From a virus (lineage: Duplodnaviria > Heunggongvirae > Uroviricota > Caudoviricetes): a DNA stretch of 64,000 nt. The translations under genes were made by a program, and so were the position numbers. The first letter of the stretch is position 1, and every line of letters starts with the position of its first letter. Below, piece by piece: positions 47,087-56,072 of this stretch. The stretch spans positions 32,626 through 96,625 of IMG/VR virus record IMGVR_UViG_3300037156_000269, one strand, 5' to 3'. The notes beneath the pieces are model-generated. The model did no database searches. It saw nothing but the letters and a program-made list of their open reading frames with translations, and was not told the DNA's origin.

Positions 47087-47109
47087 GTGGGGTGTAAAAG
47101 GAGTTCGTA

Positions 47110-49044
47110 ATGGCATATCGTCAACCCAGTGTAACCGTGTACCAGAATTTTACTGGAGTGACACCGGCACTCGCTCTGTTCAGCTTATCCAATATCAATA
47201 TTGGCCCTGCTTTTCAGGTTGTGAACTCTGCCTCGGCTGGAAGCTATGTGGGTTCGGCTGGAGTTTATAGCTACCCCGGACAAATCGCGGGCTCTTACGT
47301 TGACACTCGCCCGCTTGATCCTACTGACCTCATCAGTTTCCCTGTGTCCATCAATCTCCAGAACACAGTCGTTTCTTATCTGACTGGAACTGTTGGCGCG
47401 ATTCTGATTGCGAACTTAAATCAGTTTACTGACGCGACATCCAATGAATTCGCAAACGTAGCTGTGGGTGATGTTATCGTCGTGACAGGTTCTGTTCACG
47501 GGAACAGCGGATCTTACACAGTTCGTCAGGTTATCAGCCCGAACGTTCTTCAGACCAACGAGACATTTGTGGCGGCGGAGACGGGTCTTGCGTACACTAT
47601 TCGAAGAAATCTGCAGTCGACTGTCGGTCTTATCAACATTCCGACATCTACTGCCGGTGTGGTTGTTAGCTCCACTGAAGTAGATCTTCCTGTCGGTCTG
47701 ACAGCAACTGCTCCAGTCATCGGCGCTCAGCCAATCGTTTCGGCGACGGTCCTTCTGTCTTACCGTGCACAGCGGATCGAGCTTTCTGCTGAGGCGGCAA
47801 ACTTCACAACTACACTTGGTCTTCAGGCATCGTTTGGTGTGGATCAGATTGTCCCTGAAAACCCGCTCGCTTTTGCGGCTTTCTTGGCTCTGCAGAACGG
47901 GACTCCGTCGACAGATGTTCTGGCGCTCGACTCTCAATATCTCTCAAACGAGTTGCTCTCTTATGCAGACGCATTCGCGGTTCTTGAGAATGAAGATGAG
48001 TACGCACTCAACGTCCTTACACAGAGCACAGCGGTGCATAGTGCCTTGAATGCGCACGTTCTCGCAATGAGTGATCCTTCTATGAAGCTCGAGCGTGTCG
48101 GTATCACAAACCGTCAGCTCATCACAACAGCGGTTGTGGTTCCTATTGGTCTTAGTGATGGTGTTTTCAGCGGTTCGGGTCAAACCACTTTCACAAGTGC
48201 TTCGAGCACTTTCCTGACGAGCGGCGTTGTTCCTGGCATGTTTATCAACGTATCAGCTCCATCAGGCGCTGTTGGCCGATACTTGATCGCGGCAATTGGC
48301 AGCCAGACTCAAGTGACGCTTGCAGCCGGTCCTGCGACCGTCTACAGCGGCGCTACTTTCTTGGTTGACGAGAACTTAAGCTTAGACGACCAGGCCAACT
48401 ACCTCTCGGCTTATGCGTCGAGCTTGGGCTCGCGTCGCCTTGTTGTGACTTGGCCCGATGTTGTGAATATCCCGGTCGGATCGACAATCCGCCCACTTCC
48501 AGGGTATTTCCTGGGTGCAGGTCTCGGAGCGCTCACTACAGCGCTTCCGACTCAGCAAGGTTTCACGAACCAGAACTTGGCTGTTTATTCAGGTGTCGTC
48601 CACTCGACCAAGTATTTCACGAACACACAGCTCAACACGATCGCAAACGGCGGCGTGATGATCTTCGCTCAGAATATTCTGAACGTTACGGCTGTCTATA
48701 TCCGTCATCAGCTGACAACGGATCGCTCGGCCATCAAGTTCCAGGAATACTCGATCACCAAAAACGTGGATTTTATTGCGAAATTTATTCGCACTAACCA
48801 CTCCAAGTTCCCTGGTAAGTACAACATTGTCGACAATGCTTTTGATGACTTAAAAACAAGCGCTGTTGGTATCATCGGTTTCTTGAAAGATTCAACTAAG
48901 AAGCCGAAAATTGGTGGCGTGATCAAGAGCGGTAGCCTTACAAGCGCCATTCAGGATCCAGTAAACATCGACGGTATTATCGAGCAGTGGGCTTTGGACA
49001 TTCCAATCCCGCTCAACAACCTCGATATTACGATTAACGTTTAA
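47110..49044 (+). CDS. Contractile tail sheath protein
   Basis: 644 aa; C-terminal sheath pattern (NGGVMIFAQ, IRHQLTTD, QEYSITKNVDFIAK, IPIPLNNLDITINV). Confidence 0.85.
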   Translation: MAYRQPSVTVYQNFTGVTPALALFSLSNINIGPAFQVVNSASAGSYVGSAGVYSYPGQIAGSYVDTRPLDPTDLISFPVSINLQNTVVSYLTGTVGAILIANLNQFTDATSNEFANVAVGDVIVVTGSVHGNSGSYTVRQVISPNVLQTNETFVAAETGLAYTIRRNLQSTVGLINIPTSTAGVVVSSTEVDLPVGLTATAPVIGAQPIVSATVLLSYRAQRIELSAEAANFTTTLGLQASFGVDQIVPENPLAFAAFLALQNGTPSTDVLALDSQYLSNELLSYADAFAVLENEDEYALNVLTQSTAVHSALNAHVLAMSDPSMKLERVGITNRQLITTAVVVPIGLSDGVFSGSGQTTFTSASSTFLTSGVVPGMFINVSAPSGAVGRYLIAAIGSQTQVTLAAGPATVYSGATFLVDENLSLDDQANYLSAYASSLGSRRLVVTWPDVVNIPVGSTIRPLPGYFLGAGLGALTTALPTQQGFTNQNLAVYSGVVHSTKYFTNTQLNTIANGGVMIFAQNILNVTAVYIRHQLTTDRSAIKFQEYSITKNVDFIAKFIRTNHSKFPGKYNIVDNAFDDLKTSAVGIIGFLKDSTKKPKIGGVIKSGSLTSAIQDPVNIDGIIEQWALDIPIPLNNLDITINV

Positions 49045-49062
49045 AAGTAAGGACGAAAAAAC

Positions 49063-49785
49063 ATGGCGGCAATTACTGATTTTTCAAACTGGGATTTTAG
49101 CAACTACCACGTGCAACAAGAGTTGCAAGGTGGGCAGTTTGTGTCGGCAGAAACCAGCCTTATCGCTTCGGGTGCTCCGACCTTGAGCGGTACAGGTCCT
49201 TACTCAGACGTTCCAGTAGGTCAGGTAGGGACAGTGTTCCCGATCGGTCTTATCGAGAACGCGGGCATCAGCCAAAGTAAGCAGCTTCAGAAGATTTTTG
49301 AAATCGGCTCAAGCCGCTCTTACTTCATCCCCGGCCGCGTAATCGGCTCTGTGAGCATGGGGCGTATTTTTTACTACGGCCCCTCGATCCTCAGAGTTCT
49401 GTACGCGTACTACTACAACAACACGAACGGTATCAACATCGGTACGGTGGATGCGTCGACCAACATCACACTTGCTGATGGAAGTCTCGCGCAGTCGCCA
49501 CTTGCACGGTTGCTCGATACCGGTTCGCAACAGTATCACCAACTTCGTCAGTCGCCCGGTGATGACTACTTCTTCGTGAACTTGGCGTCGGATTTGTTCC
49601 ACCAGGCGTTTGGTTTAGCGTTCTACTTTAAAGACGCAAACTACAACTCTGTAGGTGCGTTCTACCTGGAGAACACTTATATCCAGGGGCATCAATTCAG
49701 CGTAAGCTCGGGCTCGGTGTTAATCATGGAAGGCGTTTCCGCGCAGTACGATCGTATCGTGCCGATCAAGTTGTTGAACGCATAA
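49063..49785 (+). CDS. Tail tube protein
   Basis: Follows the sheath; IFEIGSSRSYFIPG, GSVSMGRI, YLENTYIQGHQFS..MEGVSAQYD. Confidence 0.78.
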   Translation: MAAITDFSNWDFSNYHVQQELQGGQFVSAETSLIASGAPTLSGTGPYSDVPVGQVGTVFPIGLIENAGISQSKQLQKIFEIGSSRSYFIPGRVIGSVSMGRIFYYGPSILRVLYAYYYNNTNGINIGTVDASTNITLADGSLAQSPLARLLDTGSQQYHQLRQSPGDDYFFVNLASDLFHQAFGLAFYFKDANYNSVGAFYLENTYIQGHQFSVSSGSVLIMEGVSAQYDRIVPIKLLNA

Positions 49786-49794
49786 GGCGGCCAG

Positions 49795-50679
49795 ATGTTC
49801 TTAGGCGGCTTCAAGAAGCAATCCGGGTCCCTTGATAAGGGGGACCGGAAAGATGTGCGCAATTCTGCGATAGCCGGTACGGCCGGCGGAGCTGCTCTTT
49901 ATGCCGGCCACGATTACATGCTGGACCGCAGAGAGAAAAAACTACCAAACCGAAGAACTTTTTCTGAGTTCAAAAAACACCTCAATCCAGGCGATATTTT
50001 AATTTCTGGAGGAACGCCGGCAAAGTCAGATGCTCTTTGGCTCAGCTCAAAGATCCCGCAAAAGCTGTGGGAGATGACTCCGGAAATTATTAAGGATAGG
50101 AAAATCACAACGATCAGCAGCATGCTGAGCGGAGCTGGTGCCGGGTCGAAATATCACGCCGGCATTTATTTAGGTAAAAACCGTGTCGGGCACATGTCCG
50201 GCGGGGCCTATAACGAAAGTCTGAAAGCTGCATTCAAGAACCAGAACGTAGCAGCTTATCGGTTTGGTGACTCCACTAAAAAAGAGCGCGAGTCGGCTGT
50301 TAAATATGTTCGCAAGGTCATTAAAGACAAAACTCCGTACAGTCTAGCAAAGGCTGCGCCGCAAGTACTTACGAACTTGGTAAGTCCTATTGGGCGCAAA
50401 GCGAACCGCAAAGCGAAAGGCAGTCAGGTTTGCAACACGCTTCCCTCGCGTGCGTACAATAAGCGACGTTTCACGTGGCAGGGGGAGCACACTTATTCAG
50501 GGGATTTAAGGAAAGCGAAAAACTTAGCTCCCGTTGCGCGTAAGGATGCGTTTAAGCTACCTATTGCTTACACGGCAAGAGGCCGCCTAGGACAGGCGGC
50601 TAAGGGCATTAAGTTCGGACTTGGGGCAGCCGCAGCGACCTACGGCTACAAGAAGTACAAAGAGCACCAAGGCAAGTAG
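49795..50679 (+). CDS. Leader-tagged permuted papain-like (NlpC/P60, YiiX-like) enzyme
   Basis: MFLGGFKKQS leader; LNPGDILI, HAGIYLG (His), TPYS..QVCNTL (Cys after His). Confidence 0.72.
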   Translation: MFLGGFKKQSGSLDKGDRKDVRNSAIAGTAGGAALYAGHDYMLDRREKKLPNRRTFSEFKKHLNPGDILISGGTPAKSDALWLSSKIPQKLWEMTPEIIKDRKITTISSMLSGAGAGSKYHAGIYLGKNRVGHMSGGAYNESLKAAFKNQNVAAYRFGDSTKKERESAVKYVRKVIKDKTPYSLAKAAPQVLTNLVSPIGRKANRKAKGSQVCNTLPSRAYNKRRFTWQGEHTYSGDLRKAKNLAPVARKDAFKLPIAYTARGRLGQAAKGIKFGLGAAAATYGYKKYKEHQGK

Positions 50680-50683
50680 TGAT

Positions 50684-51157
50684 CTACTGAACCAGAAAAG
50701 CCATCTCGATAAACCACAGTGCGTACATCAGGTTTAAGAAGCCTTCGCTCCACCAGAAAAGTTTATTACTTTCTGATCGGAGCTGGGCGGCTTTAACGAC
50801 AGCGGGGTTTTTGCTTTGGTAATCGAGAGACATTTGAGCAAGGTCCTCAGCGGAAGCTACTTGGAAACGGCCGAAGAATTCCTTCGAGACTCGAGCGCGA
50901 TCGAGCGCGAAGTGCGAGAGGAAGTCGATAGCCATAACTCCCAGGAGTAGCGGGATAGCCACTTCTTTACCCATTTTTATCCAATAGCCGAGAACGAGCA
51001 CTAGTGTGAGGACGCTGTGCACGGAGGCGCGGGCGCACATTGGCAGGATCCAGTTTGTCTGTGCAAGACCTTTTACGGTGTAACGACATTGTAGGGGGTC
51101 GTTAGCTAAAAAATGTTTCAGTGCAAAAAGGGCAACTAAAATGAATGCGACTGGCAT
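50684..51157 (-). CDS. DUF3307-like membrane protein
   Basis: KHFLANDPLQ, HSVLT, SHFALD His motifs within hydrophobic helices. Confidence 0.65.
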   Translation of the reverse strand: MPVAFILVALFALKHFLANDPLQCRYTVKGLAQTNWILPMCARASVHSVLTLVLVLGYWIKMGKEVAIPLLLGVMAIDFLSHFALDRARVSKEFFGRFQVASAEDLAQMSLDYQSKNPAVVKAAQLRSESNKLFWWSEGFLNLMYALWFIEMAFLVQ

Positions 51158-51172
51158 GAGTAACCTCCATGT

Positions 51173-51895
51173 TTATTTAACTGCTTCGTTTCCTAAAACT
51201 CTTTTGGAATTTTCCCTGATAAAGCGATTTTTAGCCATGATTTTATCGCGCCGATCTGAATCAAAAATCCATGATGATTGTGGCATAAAAAGCATGGGTA
51301 GCGGGTCGGCACCATCCGTTGGTTTATCGTAGCCGTAAATCCAGATCTTGTCCTGAAGGTATACGGGCAGCTCAAGGAGCTCCTGGCGATCTTCGTGGAG
51401 TAGGATCTCACAGTCGAAATTTTGGTGCAACCAGTCCTCATTTACTTCGGCAGAGCCTGAGCAGAACACTTTGGCCTCTTCGAGACGAAAGCCATAGGAG
51501 CCGGAGAAGTTGTCGAGGAAAGTCAGCGTCTCGGTGAGGTGCTCTTCTTTGAATCCAACTTTGGAGACGGACTTAATCTGAAACCCGTCGGCAGAGTCGA
51601 TTCTGGAAACGATCTTTGGGATAAGCTTGGCCGGGGCGACGAGATACGGCTTTGTGGTGCTCTTTAAAGCAAGCTCTCCAAACTCGTCTAAGCCTCCGAT
51701 CTGGGCAATGGATGAGCCCAAGGCGATAATCATGCCTACCTTATCTAGCGGCACGCCGATGAGCTCTAGGCGCGCGCCGGCCGATGGCGGGCAGTTGACC
51801 AGCACAAAGCTCGTGTGCGTCTGGATGAGCCAGCAGGGGGGTATGAGCGGCCACCTGGAATGCGCACGGCCAGTACCGAGTGCGCGGAGTTTCAT
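51173..51895 (-). CDS. Degenerate metallo-beta-lactamase-fold protein
   Basis: MKLRALGTG..LVNC..QIGGLDE; HxHxDH motif replaced by SSIAQ. Confidence 0.55.
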   Translation of the reverse strand: MKLRALGTGRAHSRWPLIPPCWLIQTHTSFVLVNCPPSAGARLELIGVPLDKVGMIIALGSSIAQIGGLDEFGELALKSTTKPYLVAPAKLIPKIVSRIDSADGFQIKSVSKVGFKEEHLTETLTFLDNFSGSYGFRLEEAKVFCSGSAEVNEDWLHQNFDCEILLHEDRQELLELPVYLQDKIWIYGYDKPTDGADPLPMLFMPQSSWIFDSDRRDKIMAKNRFIRENSKRVLGNEAVK

Positions 51896-52404
51896 GACAT
51901 CATGCAGATCTTGCCGACCTGCTCCAGAATAGTGGGAATGATTTCTTCAATGGGTTTTGCGTCAAAGTTCCATGCCTCGACGGCATCGCGGATGATGTAG
52001 CTTGTGGCCTTGATTTCGTAATCGGGACGGGGAAGGAAGATCTCCACTCTCAGTGTTGTGGGCACGATTTTATTCAGGAGTTGGACTGTGGTCTTTATTG
52101 CCAGATTGAGAAGCTCTACGGCTTTAAGGTTCTTATTTGGATGGATGGGTATGACGTGAAGAACGTAGTCGGCTTTGATAGTGCCGTACTCGATTTCGAC
52201 GAGCGACGTTCTCAGCTTCTTGGTGTTTATTTCGGACACGTTCGTGAGCTGTTTATCGAATTCTGATAGCGGAGTGCGGTCTTGAATAATGCCGCTGTCT
52301 TCTAGCAGCGACAGAAAAGTATTAGCGTGCTCTTCTGGCGTTAGCTCAGTTCCTGGCACTGCCTCTGGATCTTCTTCGAAGAAAAATGTGTCATCCTTGC
52401 TCAC
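51892..52404 (-). CDS. Hypothetical protein
   Basis: Likely GTG start at 52404 with GAGG SD (ORF track start 52455). Confidence 0.55.
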   Translation of the reverse strand: MSKDDTFFFEEDPEAVPGTELTPEEHANTFLSLLEDSGIIQDRTPLSEFDKQLTNVSEINTKKLRTSLVEIEYGTIKADYVLHVIPIHPNKNLKAVELLNLAIKTTVQLLNKIVPTTLRVEIFLPRPDYEIKATSYIIRDAVEAWNFDAKPIEEIIPTILEQVGKICMMS

Positions 52405-52822
52405 GGGTTCCTCTTGCGTCGGTGAAGAACTGATTAAGATCCCAGTTTTTACCACTTCGATTGATTCTAGGCGCTTCTAGCACTTCCCTCAAAGTATAAT
52501 TTTCTTTGAGGTCTAGCATGTAAACAGCCACATCCTGAAGTCCGATGATGACACAGCTATGTTGGCCGTTTTCTCTCACTTTTTTTAAGAACTCGAGCTG
52601 AACTGTGCTCACTTCATGCGTGAGACATTTCGAGTCTGGACGCTTGGGAAGTTTCCGAATGAACTTGAGCTCCATGGCATAAAAATAAGTATTGTAGACT
52701 GCGCTAACGTCTGGAAGTCCGCCGCGGAACATGTCGGTATTTGTCCAGACAAGTGCTCCGGGGTAAGCGCTGATGAGATCTTTTTTAAATCCTGCTTTAA
52801 AGCCCGCCTCATCAACCGCCAT
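52391..52822 (-). CDS. VRR-NUC/Holliday-junction-resolvase-like PD-(D/E)XK nuclease
   Basis: GGLPDV..AMELKF..VSTVQLEFLKKV. Confidence 0.75.
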   Translation of the reverse strand: MAVDEAGFKAGFKKDLISAYPGALVWTNTDMFRGGLPDVSAVYNTYFYAMELKFIRKLPKRPDSKCLTHEVSTVQLEFLKKVRENGQHSCVIIGLQDVAVYMLDLKENYTLREVLEAPRINRSGKNWDLNQFFTDARGTREQG

Positions 52823-53147
52823 TTACTACATCCGTCAAAATGGTGAAGGCGCGCACACGAACACGGTCGACACCGTTAAGGTTGTCGGCTCTGAGATAAC
52901 CCTTTACCTGATATCTGACTCCTACAATGAGTTCTCTGTAGTAGGTTTCAGCCTGACGGCCCAGGGCTTCGATCGTGAAGTAGTTTTCATGGCGACCGGG
53001 AGCTCCGGAACCGGTGGTAAAATGCTCAGTAACTAAAAAAGTAAATGAAAGTAATTTCTGACCGTTGCGAAGAGTTATCATCTTGGGTTCGTCTATAATG
53101 ACGCCCGAGCCCTTCCAGTCGTTTGAGTCGCGCTGCACAAGTTGCAT
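52812..53147 (-). CDS. Second SSB/PriB-like OB-fold protein
   Basis: GVIIDEP..FTIEALGRQAE..YQVKGYLR; no acidic tail. Confidence 0.6.
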   Translation of the reverse strand: MQLVQRDSNDWKGSGVIIDEPKMITLRNGQKLLSFTFLVTEHFTTGSGAPGRHENYFTIEALGRQAETYYRELIVGVRYQVKGYLRADNLNGVDRVRVRAFTILTDVVNGG

Positions 53148-53199
53148 AAAAATGAGTCTCCCCTATCTGACCAGAACTGGCTAGATAGGGGAGATGGTA

Positions 53200-54465
53200 T
53201 CAGCGATTTTGCGGTGCGGTCAATTGCTTGGTTCGCTGTTGAGTGAGTGCGTGGATCCGGGCGCCGGCCCCCATGTGATGAGGGCAGGTGACGGCTGGGC
53301 AGAGCGTGCGGCCGCATTTGGCCTGATTATCCATTTGATTAACGGTCATGAAAATACAGCGCTGACAGGCGAACCCTGTGCGGGGCGGGTGGACCTGCCG
53401 GTACGTCTGGCAGTTCCTTCCGATATGATCCGAATAGGTATCCGTGTCCGTCGGGTCCAGCATGCCTCCGCAAGAGCACACGGGGTGCAGCAAAGCGGTT
53501 ATATTTATATCCTTCGTGCAGTGGACGAGGGCACCGCAGCAGGAGCATGTATCAGGTGCTCTGTTTGGAATGCACTCCAGATGCTCTAGGGTGTAGACAT
53601 CAACGCCATCGACAACAACTCTGCCACCACCCCTATCCAACGGAGACACGGTTCCGTTGTCGTTCAGGCACAGGAGTCTGTCGTAGATGAGGTGATATTC
53701 AGTTATGAACGGGAGCGCCGCAGGTCCCTTAAGCCATGTGATCACGCCAAGAGCTGCGGCCATCCAGAAGGTGCGATCGTCGTGTGCTGCATGAGAAGCG
53801 TCGTAGCAGTCTTGTTGTTTTTCACTATAGATCACACCCTCGATATGGTTTTCAAGAGCCTGCTCGACGGTCTCCTCAAACCAGCGAATGTCTCCCCAAA
53901 CAATGCTGGAGATTCTGGCAAAAAGAGATTCAAGAGCTTCTTCTCGGCTGCTGAATTGTGGGGGAATGTAGCTGCCATTTAGGAATTCCAGCACCTCTCG
54001 GCTGTTTAGTATTTTGCGCACCTCATGAAAGGGTCTGAAGTCCCAGGTGGGGTCGAGTTCATAAATTTCGATCTTCCCAGGGTTCAGTACGTCTCCTGTC
54101 TTTTTGTGGCGATAGGTGTGCGTAAACTCGTCATGTGTGATTCTGACCAACGTATCTACCAGGAAGAAATAGGGCTCCGCGTAGTCTACGCTGCGAAGAA
54201 TGGACGAGCAGACGTCCTCGATAGAGGAATACTTCGACGGTATAATGCCAAGACCGGTGGTGAGCTTTTCTACGAACGAGAGCATTTCTGCTGGAAGCCT
54301 GCGAACGTTGTCGAACTGATAACATCCCCATTGCTCAACTGTCATTTCGATGAGCGGAGAGTGTTCCTTGTGAAACTTTTCATGCGGGTGGTCGATAAAC
54401 GTGTCATCAACCTTCCACAGGTTTTGGTTGTTTAAAAGATTGTGCCTTGCATTCTGTTGGTTCAT
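53200..54465 (-). CDS. Hypothetical protein with Cys-rich C-terminus
   Basis: 421 aa; CSCCG, CSCG, CQRC, C..LCPAVTCPHH; AGGGAG SD. Confidence 0.65.
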   Translation of the reverse strand: MNQQNARHNLLNNQNLWKVDDTFIDHPHEKFHKEHSPLIEMTVEQWGCYQFDNVRRLPAEMLSFVEKLTTGLGIIPSKYSSIEDVCSSILRSVDYAEPYFFLVDTLVRITHDEFTHTYRHKKTGDVLNPGKIEIYELDPTWDFRPFHEVRKILNSREVLEFLNGSYIPPQFSSREEALESLFARISSIVWGDIRWFEETVEQALENHIEGVIYSEKQQDCYDASHAAHDDRTFWMAAALGVITWLKGPAALPFITEYHLIYDRLLCLNDNGTVSPLDRGGGRVVVDGVDVYTLEHLECIPNRAPDTCSCCGALVHCTKDINITALLHPVCSCGGMLDPTDTDTYSDHIGRNCQTYRQVHPPRTGFACQRCIFMTVNQMDNQAKCGRTLCPAVTCPHHMGAGARIHALTQQRTKQLTAPQNR

Positions 54466-54500
54466 AAATACTCCCTTGTTCAGAGTACTTATGACATAAA

Positions 54501-54995
54501 TTAGGGCTTTTGTTCCTGCGCGGCTTTCTGTTTTGCGTCTGGCGCCACGGCGGGTTTTTTACCTTTTGGGCCTTCTTGCACTAGAGCAAGTCCAACGGGA
54601 TCTGCTGGGATGGGACCGGCCATTTTAGAGGGATCACGCTCGATGGGGGTTAGCTCCGGAACACCTACGATTGCGATGTCGGGAATGCCCCACTCGTCTT
54701 TGGCGAGCTTGTAGTGAAGCTTAAATGTGTGCGGGACGGGTTTGTGAAAGAGGTCGGTGGCGCCGATGGTTTTGCCAACGTTTACAGTTCCCTCAGCCCA
54801 TGCTTCCCACACGCCGTTCACATCAACCATTGATTTTATACCTGCGGGCCCTATGACAACTGTTCGCGCGTCGGCCCAGTAAATAACTTCGTGTGTGTTG
54901 AGGGCTTTGCAGGCTCGGTTGAGGGCTGGTTTAATCGCCAACTCGGGGGACATTGGGATTGCGTTCCCCTTGCGGGTTATTCCTTGGATGAGCAT
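54501..54995 (-). CDS. Hypothetical protein
   Basis: Coupled to the upstream gene. Confidence 0.55.
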   Translation of the reverse strand: MLIQGITRKGNAIPMSPELAIKPALNRACKALNTHEVIYWADARTVVIGPAGIKSMVDVNGVWEAWAEGTVNVGKTIGATDLFHKPVPHTFKLHYKLAKDEWGIPDIAIVGVPELTPIERDPSKMAGPIPADPVGLALVQEGPKGKKPAVAPDAKQKAAQEQKP

Positions 54996-55396
54996 TATAA
55001 GCCACCTTTCTTTGCTTGTACTTTTTTGAAAGTTTCTTTGTAACCTTTGGACGTGATGCTGGGAGCCATGCGAGAGATGTGGCCACGCTGCTTCAACTCT
55101 TTAACTCTGTCGCCGCCGGTATTTCCGACGTTGTGTTCGTAATTCTCACGAGTGGCAGATACAACGCGCGGCTTGCCACTACCTGTGTCATATTTGTATC
55201 CTATGGTACCGTTGCGTTCAAACTGGACTTTGAAGGTGAGATTTGTCTTGAAGGGTAGCATCTCGATTTTTCGATAGACCTTGCCTTCGAATTCGTAAGT
55301 ATCTGGAGCGTCCACGTTTGACGGCAGCTCAACGACCAGGTCCTTTTTGTATGAACGATATAAATACTGGATAACTCTATCATTTAACCAACTCAT
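54995..55396 (-). CDS. Hypothetical protein
   Basis: AGGAGATTTATG initiation site. Confidence 0.6.
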   Translation of the reverse strand: MSWLNDRVIQYLYRSYKKDLVVELPSNVDAPDTYEFEGKVYRKIEMLPFKTNLTFKVQFERNGTIGYKYDTGSGKPRVVSATRENYEHNVGNTGGDRVKELKQRGHISRMAPSITSKGYKETFKKVQAKKGGL

Positions 55397-55471
55397 AAAT
55401 CTCCTATGTCGACAACGTCGATGCTCCCATAACTGGACTGCGTAGGCAAGTCCCGTATGCTAAAATGGGCT

Positions 55472-55717
55472 ATGTCACTTCCTTGGTGGAAAATTCCTCG
55501 AAAAACAAAACACGCATGTGCCAACAAGGACACGTCCGTAACTCTAACGGACGGCAAAATGGCCTATCTAAAGAAAAACGCTTTTGTGAGTCCGGTCAGA
55601 AAGTCCTACCTGCCTTGGGGCCATCCGCTGCTCGAGTATTATGACGAGACTCTCTACATGGTGGCCGACACCCCTGTTGGGTTTTGCAAGATCAAGCTTG
55701 AAGACATCGATTGGTAA
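55472..55717 (+). CDS. Small hypothetical protein, isolated on the plus strand
   Basis: Extended -10-like TGCTAAAAT just before the ATG; followed by a terminator hairpin. Confidence 0.5.
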   Translation: MSLPWWKIPRKTKHACANKDTSVTLTDGKMAYLKKNAFVSPVRKSYLPWGHPLLEYYDETLYMVADTPVGFCKIKLEDIDW

Positions 55718-55744
55718 AAAACCGCGCTCTAGGCGCGCGGTTTA
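55716..55744. terminator. Bidirectional terminator
   Basis: aaaccgcgc..gcgcggttt between convergent genes. Confidence 0.7.
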
Positions 55745-55752
55745 GAAGATAA

Positions 55753-56070
55753 TTAGTCCACTACTTTCTTGGACTCCTCACTAACGTGATCGTAGAACGT
55801 CTGAATCTCTACCCAGTAGTCGCCAATCGGCAATGGCTTAGACGCGTGAGAAGACGACCCACCAACGTGCGAAACTGTCGCGGCTTTCACAACGCGAAGA
55901 TACTTCTTCCCGTCAGACTCGCCGATTAGTGCTTTACCTTTGCTAATCACATGAGCGTTATTTGACCCCTGATGGATCGTGGCCGCAGCTTTCATCTTCG
56001 CTTCTTTCGGGATTTTGAACCCCTCTTGCGTAAGCAGGAGCACATCACCATGGCGTCTTTCTTGAATCAT
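55753..56070 (-). CDS. Partner of the DUF6745-like protein
   Basis: RHGDV..NAHV..H..LPIGDYWVEIQTFYD; conserved phage gene-pair pattern (recalled). Confidence 0.65.
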   Translation of the reverse strand: MIQERRHGDVLLLTQEGFKIPKEAKMKAAATIHQGSNNAHVISKGKALIGESDGKKYLRVVKAATVSHVGGSSSHASKPLPIGDYWVEIQTFYDHVSEESKKVVD

Positions 56071-56072
56071 AC

